From: a virus | Direction: 5' to 3' (one strand) | Virus record (IMG/VR): IMGVR_UViG_3300028968_000002 | DNA: 40,243 bases | In this document: positions 24,292-32,987 of the stretch, in pieces | Layout of the letters: every line of letters begins with the position of its first letter | Numbering within the stretch: the first letter of the stretch is position 1 | Made by a program: the position numbers and the translations under genes | The notes under the pieces: model-generated | What the model saw: only the letters and a program-made list of their open reading frames with translations | Told to the model about the DNA's origin: nothing | Database searches by the model: none

Positions 24292-24321
24292 TGTGTAAAA
24301 ATATAGAAAGGAGTGGTATTA

Positions 24322-24825
24322 ATGGCTAAATTAACAGCTAAACAAAAGAAGTTTGTAGAAGAATACTTGATAGACCTTAATGCCACTCAAGCGGCTATTA
24401 GGGCTGGATATTCTCCTAATACTGCACAAGAACAAAGTAGCAGGCTATTATCAAATGTTATGGTTAAAAATGAAATAGATAAAGCTATGGCCGAAAGAAG
24501 CCGAAGGACAGGTATTAGTCAAGATAGGGTTTTAAGGGAGTTAGCAAAGATAGCTTTTGTTAATCCAGGAGATGTAATAAATTTAAATCAAGCTACTGTA
24601 AAATCAGATGCAAAAGAAGAAGATTTAGCTGCTATAGCTAGTGTAAAAATAAAAAACATACCAACAGAAGATGGAGAAATAACAGAAAGGGAAATAAAAC
24701 TATGCGACAAATTGAAAGCATTGGATTTACTCGGCAAGCATTTAGGTATATATGACAAAAAAGATGCTGAGGATAAAAACCTAACAATAACAATCAACAA
24801 GGCAAGTGAAAAAAATGGAAATTAG
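24322..24825 (+). CDS. terS: Terminase small subunit (Terminase_2 / P27-type)
   Basis: The motif is [49 protein letters not shown]. The AAAGGAG RBS serves the ATG at 24322; the track start at 24313 is GTG. Confidence 0.85.
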   Translation: MAKLTAKQKKFVEEYLIDLNATQAAIRAGYSPNTAQEQSSRLLSNVMVKNEIDKAMAERSRRTGISQDRVLRELAKIAFVNPGDVINLNQATVKSDAKEEDLAAIASVKIKNIPTEDGEITEREIKLCDKLKALDLLGKHLGIYDKKDAEDKNLTITINKASEKNGN

Positions 24826-26089
24826 CATAACTTGTAACGACCATTTTGAGGACTTTGTTTTAGATTGGAATTATAAATTTTATTTTCTTGTTGGTGGATA
24901 TGGTAGCTCTAAAAGTTATCATGTGGCCCAAAAGCTGCATCTAAAATTATTACAAGAAAAAAGATTAGCTTTAGTTGTAAGGGAAGTATATGACACTATA
25001 AGAGATAGTTGCTTTTCGCTTTTACAAGATGTAGCAGTGGATATGGGCATATATGATATGCTTAAATTTAAAACATCGCCTATGCAAGTAACTTATCCTA
25101 ATGGGAGCAAGATAATCTTTAAAGGTATGGATAAACCAGCTAAATTAAAATCTATTAATGGAGTATCTATTATATGGGTTGAAGAATGTTCCGAGGTTAA
25201 ATATGAAGGATTTAAAGAACTTCTAGGTCGTTTAAGACACCCTACACTTAGCAATCATATTATATTAAGTGAAAATCCAATAGAAAAAGCTAACTGGACT
25301 TATAAACATTTTTTTATCGATGAAGAAAATGATAAGAAAATACTTGATGATGAAAAACTTTATATTGAAAGAATTATCAAGACAAATAATACATACTATC
25401 ATCATTCCATCTGTGATGACAATTATTTTCTACCTCAGGACTATATAAAAGAACTTGATAACATGAAAGAGTATGATCCAGATTTATATAGAGTAGCTAG
25501 ACAAGGTAGATTTGGCATAAATGGTACAAAAGTATTACCACAATTTGAGATGATGGACCACGATTTAGTTATGGCTAAAGTAGGTTCTATCCCTTCTAGA
25601 TTTTATAGAGCTGGCATGGACTTTGGATTTGAAACTTCATACAACGCACTTATAAGAATTGCTATAGATGATGTAAACAAAGATTTGTATATTTACTGGG
25701 AATATTATAAAAATCATATGACAGATGATAAGACTGCTAAAGAAATAGATGAATTTAGAGTAAATAGAGAGGTAATAAGAGCAGATTCAGCCGAGCCTAA
25801 GACAATTAGATTTTATCAGCAAGAAGGATTTAAAATGGTTCCAGCTAAAAAATATCAAGGCTCTAGACTGCAAAATACTAAAAAAGTAAAAAGATTTAAG
25901 CATATATATTGCTCGACTAAATGCGTTAATGTAAAAAAAGAATTGAAGGATTTAACATATAAGCAAAATGAAAAAGGCGAGAATATATATGATGAATTTA
26001 ACATAGATCCACATACATTTAGTGCTATTTGGTATGCACTAGATGGCTATGAGGTTGCAGATTATAAAAGACATTATCATAGTAGATAG
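24806..26089 (+). CDS. terL: Terminase large subunit (PBSX/Terminase_3-like)
   Basis: Walker A is [11 protein letters not shown] and Walker B-like is [10 protein letters not shown]-terminal nuclease region is present. The gene overlaps the end of terS. Confidence 0.92.
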   Translation: MKKMEISITCNDHFEDFVLDWNYKFYFLVGGYGSSKSYHVAQKLHLKLLQEKRLALVVREVYDTIRDSCFSLLQDVAVDMGIYDMLKFKTSPMQVTYPNGSKIIFKGMDKPAKLKSINGVSIIWVEECSEVKYEGFKELLGRLRHPTLSNHIILSENPIEKANWTYKHFFIDEENDKKILDDEKLYIERIIKTNNTYYHHSICDDNYFLPQDYIKELDNMKEYDPDLYRVARQGRFGINGTKVLPQFEMMDHDLVMAKVGSIPSRFYRAGMDFGFETSYNALIRIAIDDVNKDLYIYWEYYKNHMTDDKTAKEIDEFRVNREVIRADSAEPKTIRFYQQEGFKMVPAKKYQGSRLQNTKKVKRFKHIYCSTKCVNVKKELKDLTYKQNEKGENIYDEFNIDPHTFSAIWYALDGYEVADYKRHYHSR

Positions 26090-26104
26090 AAAGGAGGTTA
26101 CAAG

Positions 26105-27529
26105 ATGCTTAATAGTTATCAAGAGTTTGTTACTGCTGAACTTACTGGATTATATGGCTCGGCAGTATTACAAGAAATGAACGATATACTAAGACTGTAT
26201 GACATATATGAAGGTCGAGAAAACTTTATAGACAAGTCAGAAGAAAAAGACTATACACAGACAGAAAAGAAAACAAATCTGATTAAGAAGCTTATAAAAG
26301 AAGAATCTAGATTTTTATTCGGCAAGACTCCAGAGCTATATGTTCAACCTAAAAATGATACAGATGCCGACAAAGATAAAGCTGAACAAATAAATCTTTA
26401 TTTAGATAAGATATTAAAAGATAATTTATTCTCAGAGAAGCTTGTAAAAGGAGCTAGAGATTGTTTTATAGGCAAGAGAACTGCTTTAAAACTGTATGCT
26501 AATCAAGACACAAAAGATATAAGAATAATGTTTTTGCCTTCATTGGAATTTATCTACGAAAGTGACGAGGAAAATCCAAACGAACTTAAAAAGATAATAT
26601 TCTTTTATCAGACTAACAAGGAAGTTGAAAGAGATAAGCAACGTATTTGGAAACAAAAGTATGAAATGATAGAAGGAAGATGTATTCTTAATGAAGGGAT
26701 ATATAACGGTAATGGGGTATTAATAGAGCCTATAAATGTAGATGTAGATTTACAATTAAGTGGTATTCCTTGCTATGTAATTATCAATGATGGATTAAGT
26801 GGAGACCCGTTCGGAGAATCTGATGTAAAAGAGTTACTAGACAATCAAATCCAATACAACAGGCTATCGAGTGAAGATGTAGACACACTTAGAAAAGGTA
26901 TGGATAGGATAATCTATGGAGTAGATATAGACGCAGAGGCATCGGAAAACTTCAAGCTAAAGCCTGGAGCTTATTGGGATGTACCGACAGACCCTACAGC
27001 AGAAGGTAAACAAGCTACACTAGGTACAATACCAACAGACTTTGGTTATGGAGATAAAATAGAAAACTCTCTAAAACGTATCAAGTCTGATATGTATGAA
27101 ATGTTAAACGTTCCAATGTTAAGCAATGACGAGTTAAAAGGCATGATGACATCAGGCAAAACTATGAAGGCACTATATTGGCAACTTATTACTAGATGTG
27201 AAGAAAAGATGATGGCATGGCGACCAGCTCTAGAATGGCTAATAAGAGCAATACTTGAAATTACAGAAGTATATCAAATAGAGAAATTACCGCAGCTTGA
27301 TTATACTGTTACAGTAGAAAATAACTATCCTTTACAGGAAGATGAGGACGAAGAAAAGGCATTAGACTTGCAACAGGTAAACGCACAGGCTATGTCTAGA
27401 AAAACATTCATCAAGAAATGGCAAGGTGTTACCGATGATGTGGCCGATGCCGAAATAAAACAAATAGCATTAGAAAGAGAAATGCTAGAAGAAAGTTATG
27501 TATCTGGAATGAGTGATCCAGTTGAATAA
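26105..27529 (+). CDS. Portal protein (SPP1 gp6-like)
   Basis: It is 474 aa, sits immediately after terL, has an AAGGAGG RBS and an acidic C-terminus. Confidence 0.9.
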   Translation: MLNSYQEFVTAELTGLYGSAVLQEMNDILRLYDIYEGRENFIDKSEEKDYTQTEKKTNLIKKLIKEESRFLFGKTPELYVQPKNDTDADKDKAEQINLYLDKILKDNLFSEKLVKGARDCFIGKRTALKLYANQDTKDIRIMFLPSLEFIYESDEENPNELKKIIFFYQTNKEVERDKQRIWKQKYEMIEGRCILNEGIYNGNGVLIEPINVDVDLQLSGIPCYVIINDGLSGDPFGESDVKELLDNQIQYNRLSSEDVDTLRKGMDRIIYGVDIDAEASENFKLKPGAYWDVPTDPTAEGKQATLGTIPTDFGYGDKIENSLKRIKSDMYEMLNVPMLSNDELKGMMTSGKTMKALYWQLITRCEEKMMAWRPALEWLIRAILEITEVYQIEKLPQLDYTVTVENNYPLQEDEDEEKALDLQQVNAQAMSRKTFIKKWQGVTDDVADAEIKQIALEREMLEESYVSGMSDPVE

Positions 27530-28418
27530 TTTTTTTAAACAAAAGAATAAAACTGAAAAAGAGATGACTAGAGAAATAAAAAAAGCATATAAGAGAGTAG
27601 CGAATAATCTAATTAAAAGATTGGCTCTAGTTAATCCAGATACGATGACATATGACTATTTAAGACAAACTGCTAAGTACTTAGAAAGAGAATATAAGAA
27701 ACTAAATAAAAAGCTTAATAAAGATATTGAAAAGGCTATTACAAATACCGTAGAAGGCTATACACAAAGCCAAGCAGAGTTTTATAGTGATTTATGCAAA
27801 CCTCTTTCTCATTCATTTGAAGATATGTTTATAAAAGTAAACAAGCAAGTCTTAGACAATGTTATTACGGGTAAAATGTATGGAGACAATATAAAACTTT
27901 CTGAAAGGCTTTGGAGTAATCACAAAAAGACAGTAAAGACTATAAACGATATACTTACAGATGGATTTATAGCTAAAAAAGGCAGTAAAGAGATAGCAAA
28001 AGACTTAGAAGTTTATGTAAATCCAGATTATCTAAAGGAATATGATAAATTTACTATTCATCCTAAAAGTAAAAATAAGGTTGAATTTAATGCTTACAGA
28101 TTAGCAAACACGTATATAAATCATGCATATCAAGATGCTACAAGGCAAAGTGCTAAAGGAAATCCATATGTAGAGAAAATAGAATGGTTGAGTGGAACAG
28201 ATGATAATGTATGTGATTTATGCAAAGAACGAAATGGAAAGAGGTTTAAGGTCGAGAATATTCCGCTCGACCATCCGTGACCATTAGGACGATGTACATT
28301 GTTGCCAGTTATAGAAGAGAATTTAGAAGATATAGCTAGTGAACTAAAAGACTGGGCAAATGGTGGTAAAAATGAAAAGCTTGATAAATGGTTTGAAACA
28401 TGGGAGGTTAAGAAATGA
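27513..28418 (+). CDS. Head morphogenesis protein (SPP1 gp7 / Mu F-like) containing an in-frame TGA at 28278-28280
   Basis: The track ORF ends ...CDLCKERNGKRFKVENIPLDHP at the TGA. The same frame stays open for 45 more codons (PLGRCTLLPVIEENLEDIASELKDWANGGKNEKLDKWFETWEVKK), which include the conserved RC-T..P element. That extension ends in an ATGA overlap with the next gene at 28415. Confidence 0.75.
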
Positions 28419-28681
28419 ACGAACAACAATTTTTAGATTGGTGTAAAGATGAAATTGTAAAGTACACTAATAATCATTTAGATAAATCAGACAACAAGCA
28501 AATAACGAAAGATGATGTGTTTATGGTTTGGTGTACTAAAGTTTTACAAAATAACAAAGCATTGTTAAGTACAACTTTATTTGACGGAATGTATTATGAA
28601 TGTACATACAACGGAGATAAAAAAGAAATGTACGTAGATGCTTATAAAAAATGGGAGAATTATAAAGTTGAGCAAAAATAA
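28415..28681 (+). CDS. Hypothetical head-module protein (88 aa)
   Basis: A GGGAGG RBS is present, and the ATGA overlap with the extended MuF frame suggests translational coupling. Confidence 0.65.
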   Translation: MNEQQFLDWCKDEIVKYTNNHLDKSDNKQITKDDVFMVWCTKVLQNNKALLSTTLFDGMYYECTYNGDKKEMYVDAYKKWENYKVEQK

Positions 28682-28907
28682 GTATAGAAAAGAAGATTAT
28701 GATTTGCTTTTAGGTATATATGCTTTTGTAGGAGTATACTTCTTAGCATATGCATTATTTTTAATATCATTAGCAATACTTCATATACCTATATCGAATA
28801 TTATAGATTGGATGGGTATGGCTGTAATATCAATACTTAGTATTGTTTATGTGGTAAGATTGCATATAAAAAGAGCAAAATCAATAAAGGATAAGGAGAA
28901 AATATGA
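28668..28907 (+). CDS. Small two-TM membrane protein inserted in the head module
   Basis: The hydrophobic segments are LLLGIYAFVGVYFLAYALFLISLAIL and WMGMAVISILSIVYVV. A TTG start at 28668 lies 8 nt after GGGAGA; the track ATG at 28638 would overlap the upstream gene by 44 nt. Confidence 0.55.
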   Translation: MSKNKYRKEDYDLLLGIYAFVGVYFLAYALFLISLAILHIPISNIIDWMGMAVISILSIVYVVRLHIKRAKSIKDKEKI

Positions 28908-29141
28908 GAGATTTATTACTTTGTGAAGGATAAAGTGTTTACTATGAGATTAATATTAAATTTAAAAACAACAAGCGTTTTTACTTATAATAAAACAGGT
29001 ATTACTTATAAAGTAATTAGTAATAAATTTATATATGAGCCTGTGTGCATATTTAGAGTAAGACACGATTTAAGAGTTAAAATAAAGAAATTTTTAATAA
29101 ATTTGATGCTTATAAGAAATGGGAAAATAAAAAGATTGTGA
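28908..29141 (+). pseudogene. Decayed, frameshifted partial paralogue of gene 28415..28681
   Basis: The frame of track ORF 28923..29141 reads FVKDKVFTMR...LKTTSVF..., which resembles ITKDDVFMVW...LLSTTLF in the upstream gene. The last 24 bp (29105-29128) repeat 28637-28660 with 2 mismatches and encode DAYKKWEN, but in a different frame. There is no ATG or RBS. Confidence 0.45.
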
Positions 29142-29153
29142 GATAATATTTTT

Positions 29154-29258
29154 ATGGATGATAAATCAATAAAAGAATTAATAAAAGTATTAGAAAAAAT
29201 AAGTAATAGACTATGGTGGATAGCACTTTGGTTAGCGCTTACATATTTTGGCCTGTAA
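29154..29258 (+). CDS. 34-aa ORF with a hydrophobic C-terminus (MDDKSIKELIKVLEKISNRLWWIALWLALTYFGL)
   Basis: My own translation. There is no convincing RBS. A weak hairpin with a T-run follows. Confidence 0.25.
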   Translation: MDDKSIKELIKVLEKISNRLWWIALWLALTYFGL

Positions 29259-29364
29259 AGGCTTATTTTTATGTCTTTTTTTAGTTTACAGACGTAAAAG
29301 AATAAACTATTTACTAAAAAATAAGAGATGTAAACTCGTAAAAAACGTAATTTGGAGGTAAAAC

Positions 29365-29979
29365 ATGAAAAGAGATTTTTTAAAAGATTTAGGCTTAGAA
29401 GATGAAGTTATAAATAAAATCATGTCAGAGAATGGAAAAGATATAGAAAAACACAAGACAGATAGAGATGCTTACAAAACTAAATACGAAGATACAAAGC
29501 AACTGTTAGATGATGCTAATACAACAATACAATCTTATAAGGATATGGATATAGAAGGTATTAAAAAGAGTGCTGAGGACTGGAAAACAAAATACGAAAC
29601 AGATACAACAGCATTAAATGATAAAATAGCTCAACAGGAATATGACCATAAAGCTGATAAGTTTTTAGATAAATATGAATTCTCTTCAAATTTAGTAAGA
29701 AATGCAGTTTTAAACCAATTTAAAGAGAAAAAATTTAAATTAGAAAACGATGCTTTCTTAGGAGCAGATGATTTTATGAAGCAACTTCAAGAAAATGAGC
29801 CTGGAGTGTTCAAAACATCAAATCCAGCACCAGGAAATACTGGCGGAGCAGGTAACCATCCAAGATTTGGTGGAGGTACTGGAGTAACAAAGGCAGACAT
29901 ATTAAAAATGCCTTATAGTAAAAGAGTTGAATTCTACAACAACAATAAAGAAGAATTTAACAGATTAATGAATGAATAG
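29365..29979 (+). CDS. Scaffolding protein (phage GP20-like)
   Basis: The N-terminus is MKRDFLKDLGLEDEVINKIMSENGKDIE.... The protein is coiled-coil rich, has a GGAGG RBS and lies directly upstream of the capsid gene. Confidence 0.8.
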   Translation: MKRDFLKDLGLEDEVINKIMSENGKDIEKHKTDRDAYKTKYEDTKQLLDDANTTIQSYKDMDIEGIKKSAEDWKTKYETDTTALNDKIAQQEYDHKADKFLDKYEFSSNLVRNAVLNQFKEKKFKLENDAFLGADDFMKQLQENEPGVFKTSNPAPGNTGGAGNHPRFGGGTGVTKADILKMPYSKRVEFYNNNKEEFNRLMNE

Positions 29980-29993
29980 GAGATGATTGATAT

Positions 29994-30983
29994 ATGGCAA
30001 CAACAAAATTAGCGGATATTATAAACCCAGAGGTTATGGGACCAGTAATAGGTGCAAAAGTGGAAGCACTTTGTAAAATAACACCATATGCAAAAGTTGA
30101 TACAACATTACAAGGTGTTCCAGGGGATACAAAAACAACACCAAGTTGGGAATACATAGGAGATGCAGAAGATGTAGCTGAAGGTGAAGAAGTCGGAACA
30201 GTAGGATTAAAAGCTGGGTCAACTACTTTTACAATCAAAAAAGCTATGAAAGCTGTATCTATAACACAAGAATCTATTAATAGTGGATTGGGTAATCCAG
30301 TAGCACAAGCTGAAACTCAATTAGCAAAATCTATAGCACAAAAAGTTGATAATGATGTATTAGATGCTGCTTATAATGGAACTACTAGAGTAGCTGGAGA
30401 TACATTAGCAGTAATATCTTACAGTGGTATAGTTGATGCAGTAACACAATTTGAAGATGAAGAAGATGGAATAGAAAAGGTTATGTTTATACATCCAAAA
30501 CAAGAAGCAACATTGCTAAAGGATCCTAACTTCTTATCAGCTGATAAATTCACTGCTGGAGTAGCAGTAAACGGAGCTATAGGTAAAATAGCTGGTTGCT
30601 GGGTTAAAAAATCTAAAAAAGTTATGTTAGTTCAAGCAGAAAAAAATACAAGCGGTACAGTTGAAATATCAGCAGAAAACTTAGCAGAATATAAAAAGAA
30701 AACTTTAGATGGTTCTACTTTAAAAGTAGGCGATAAAGTTAATGCAGTAGCAGCAGCTAATCAATACTATTTAAACCTAATATTAAAAATGGAGCCAGAT
30801 AGTCCTGAAACAGAATATACAGAAGATGAATTACCAGCAATAACAATCTTCCTTAAAAAAGATACTTCTTTAGATCATGAATGGTTCCCTAAAAAACAAA
30901 TACATGATTTAACAACTGCTAAATACTACGGAGTAGCTAAAACTAACGATGCTAAAATAGTACTTGCTAAATTTAAAAAATAG
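29994..30983 (+). CDS. Major capsid protein
   Basis: It is 329 aa, follows the scaffold gene, starts MATTKLADIINPEVMGP... and shows the codon bias of a highly expressed gene. Confidence 0.88.
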   Translation: MATTKLADIINPEVMGPVIGAKVEALCKITPYAKVDTTLQGVPGDTKTTPSWEYIGDAEDVAEGEEVGTVGLKAGSTTFTIKKAMKAVSITQESINSGLGNPVAQAETQLAKSIAQKVDNDVLDAAYNGTTRVAGDTLAVISYSGIVDAVTQFEDEEDGIEKVMFIHPKQEATLLKDPNFLSADKFTAGVAVNGAIGKIAGCWVKKSKKVMLVQAEKNTSGTVEISAENLAEYKKKTLDGSTLKVGDKVNAVAAANQYYLNLILKMEPDSPETEYTEDELPAITIFLKKDTSLDHEWFPKKQIHDLTTAKYYGVAKTNDAKIVLAKFKK

Positions 30984-30993
30984 GTGATTCAAA

Positions 30994-31242
30994 ATGGATG
31001 ATTTAGAAATGCTAAAGCTAATTTTAAGGGAGAACGATTCTCCCTTTTTTAGTGATGAACAATTAAGATTTTATGCAGAAAAAAATAATTTTGACATAAA
31101 TAAAACGGCCTACGAATGTTTTCTAGCTAAAGCAGAAGATGACAGCATTGCATTACCAGGAGGATTAAGCTTGCCTAACAATAAAGAATATTGGCTAAGA
31201 CTTGCAAAAAAATACAGACCGAATGGAAGTAAGATATTATGA
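30994..31242 (+). CDS. Head-tail connector-like / hypothetical protein (82 aa)
   Basis: The call rests on position after the capsid gene and a gp6-like LEMLKLILR start. The assignment is weak. Confidence 0.5.
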   Translation: MDDLEMLKLILRENDSPFFSDEQLRFYAEKNNFDINKTAYECFLAKAEDDSIALPGGLSLPNNKEYWLRLAKKYRPNGSKIL

Positions 31243-31616
31243 TAAATAAAGATAAAATTAAAGCTAAAGTTAAAAAAGCAATAAAAAAACTTCCTTCGCA
31301 AGCGGTAGTTAAGCGAGCTTATGAAAATGACTTTGGAGAAAAGTCGGATTTATTAGAATTAGTATGCGAATTAGAAGGTCTATACCATGAAGGTAGCAAT
31401 CTTTCTATAACTTTAGAAAATAAAGGAGAGGTAAAGTCAGATAAAGGCTTGTATTTCCTAATCGCCTACGATGAGACTGCAAAGCTTATACAAAAGGACG
31501 ATTATATTTATATAGAGGGTTACAAGTACCAAATTAAAGACCTTGGCAATGTTAACAAAATGAATATTTACATGGACATGCGACTACAAGAGGTGAGTTA
31601 CGGTGAGCAATTTTAG
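31239..31616 (+). CDS. Head closure / head-tail adaptor-like protein (125 aa)
   Basis: The call rests on position and size. There is an ATGA overlap with the upstream gene. Confidence 0.55.
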   Translation: MINKDKIKAKVKKAIKKLPSQAVVKRAYENDFGEKSDLLELVCELEGLYHEGSNLSITLENKGEVKSDKGLYFLIAYDETAKLIQKDDYIYIEGYKYQIKDLGNVNKMNIYMDMRLQEVSYGEQF

Positions 31617-32031
31617 ATTTGATGCTAGTGAATTGCTTGGCAATCTAGCACAACAACAAACTAGATTTAAAGCAAGTATGGAATTGTATGCTACTAATAG
31701 TGCCACTAAATTACAAAACTATGCTAGGCAAAATAGGCCATGGAAAGATAATACTCACGATGCTAGAAATAGACTTAATGCAACATGGCAATGGAAAGGA
31801 AATAAGATAGTAATAGCTCTATCACATGGAGTTGACTATGGGATATATCTAGAAAAAGGAACATCACCGCATACTATAACAGGAAGCCCTTGGTTGTACT
31901 GGCAAGGTGCTAGTCATCCTGTTAAAAAAGTTAATCATCCAGGTACAAATCCTTATCCAATTATAATGCCAACTATCGAACATGTAGGTCCACAAATAAT
32001 GGCTGGATTAACTGTATTATTAAGTAGGTGA
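31603..32031 (+). CDS. HK97 gp10-like tail component
   Basis: The sequence YARQNRPWKDNTHDARNRL...GVDYGIYLE resembles the gp10 family pattern, and the position fits. Confidence 0.65.
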   Translation: MSNFRFDASELLGNLAQQQTRFKASMELYATNSATKLQNYARQNRPWKDNTHDARNRLNATWQWKGNKIVIALSHGVDYGIYLEKGTSPHTITGSPWLYWQGASHPVKKVNHPGTNPYPIIMPTIEHVGPQIMAGLTVLLSR

Positions 32032-32035
32032 TCTA

Positions 32036-32383
32036 ATGTTTAAGGATTTATATAAATTTCTTAAAACTGCTGGACTAACTGTATTTTCTTTAGGGCAACA
32101 AGATAAAATTTGTACTACTCCATTTGTACTTTTTTATAACGCTGGGATAGAGGATACAACAAGTAAAAATCTAAAAAAAGAGAGCATAGAGTTGTGGGTA
32201 TTTTATCCGTTTAACGAGTATTCCAAGGTTGGTGGATATATAAAACGAGTTGAAGATACAGTAACTAAATTTGGCAAATTAAGAAAAGATTATGATAAAT
32301 ATGCTATTGAAATAGATAACGATATGAAAGCTTATTATACTAAGCTTACGTATTACAGATATGTACAAAGGAGGTTGAGATAA
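32036..32383 (+). CDS. Tail completion / terminator-like protein (115 aa)
   Basis: Called on position only, upstream of the major tail protein. Confidence 0.5.
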   Translation: MFKDLYKFLKTAGLTVFSLGQQDKICTTPFVLFYNAGIEDTTSKNLKKESIELWVFYPFNEYSKVGGYIKRVEDTVTKFGKLRKDYDKYAIEIDNDMKAYYTKLTYYRYVQRRLR

Positions 32384-32934
32384 TGGCAACAGAGGTAACA
32401 CTTAACCAACATGCACTTTCAGATGTGGCATGTGTAGAAATAGTTACAGAAGATGAAAAAAGTTATACGTTTGTAACTGCTTCCGAAGTCGGTATAGAAG
32501 AAGTGCTTGACGAAGGAGATGAACAAACTTTAAAAATAAAAAATGTATTATACGCAAATAGAAAGGCAGAAGATACATTATTAGGACATAATTTGACTTT
32601 TACAGACAATCTTATGTGTCCTGAGTTATTAGAATTATTCCAAGGAGGAACATTAACACCAGGAGAAAATGGCAATTTTACATATACACCTCCAGCAATA
32701 GGGACAAAAGTAACTAAAAAGAAATTTACATGTAATATATATACTTGTGAAGTTTCTACGGATGGAGACACTGGTAAATATATAAAAGCATCTTATCCAA
32801 GCTGCGAAGGAACTAGCGTTCCGTTTACTTTTAAAGACGGAGAATATTATACAAATGAATATACTGTAAAATCTAGACCAGCTAAAAATGTACAACCGTA
32901 TACAGTTTCTTTAGTAGATGCATTACCAAAATAA
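32383..32934 (+). CDS. Major tail protein
   Basis: It is 183 aa, has a TAATG overlap with the upstream gene, and lies immediately before the chaperone pair and the tape measure gene. Confidence 0.7.
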   Translation: MATEVTLNQHALSDVACVEIVTEDEKSYTFVTASEVGIEEVLDEGDEQTLKIKNVLYANRKAEDTLLGHNLTFTDNLMCPELLELFQGGTLTPGENGNFTYTPPAIGTKVTKKKFTCNIYTCEVSTDGDTGKYIKASYPSCEGTSVPFTFKDGEYYTNEYTVKSRPAKNVQPYTVSLVDALPK

Positions 32935-32987
32935 AATAGAATAAATAGATTTTAGCCTTCCTAATTGATTTTAGGGGGGCTTTTATT

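Noticed and set aside
28278-28280. Genome-wide TGA reassignment (for example code 4 or 25) as the explanation for the in-frame TGA in the MuF gene
   Set aside because: TGA functions as a plausible terminator at 28416-18, 31240-42 and 32029-31, with proper downstream start signals. Only a local event is tenable.
28923-29141. Track ORF 28923..29141 as a genuine gene
   Set aside because: It has a GTG start without an RBS. Its sequence looks like a degenerate, frameshifted copy of the upstream gene, so it is better treated as a remnant.
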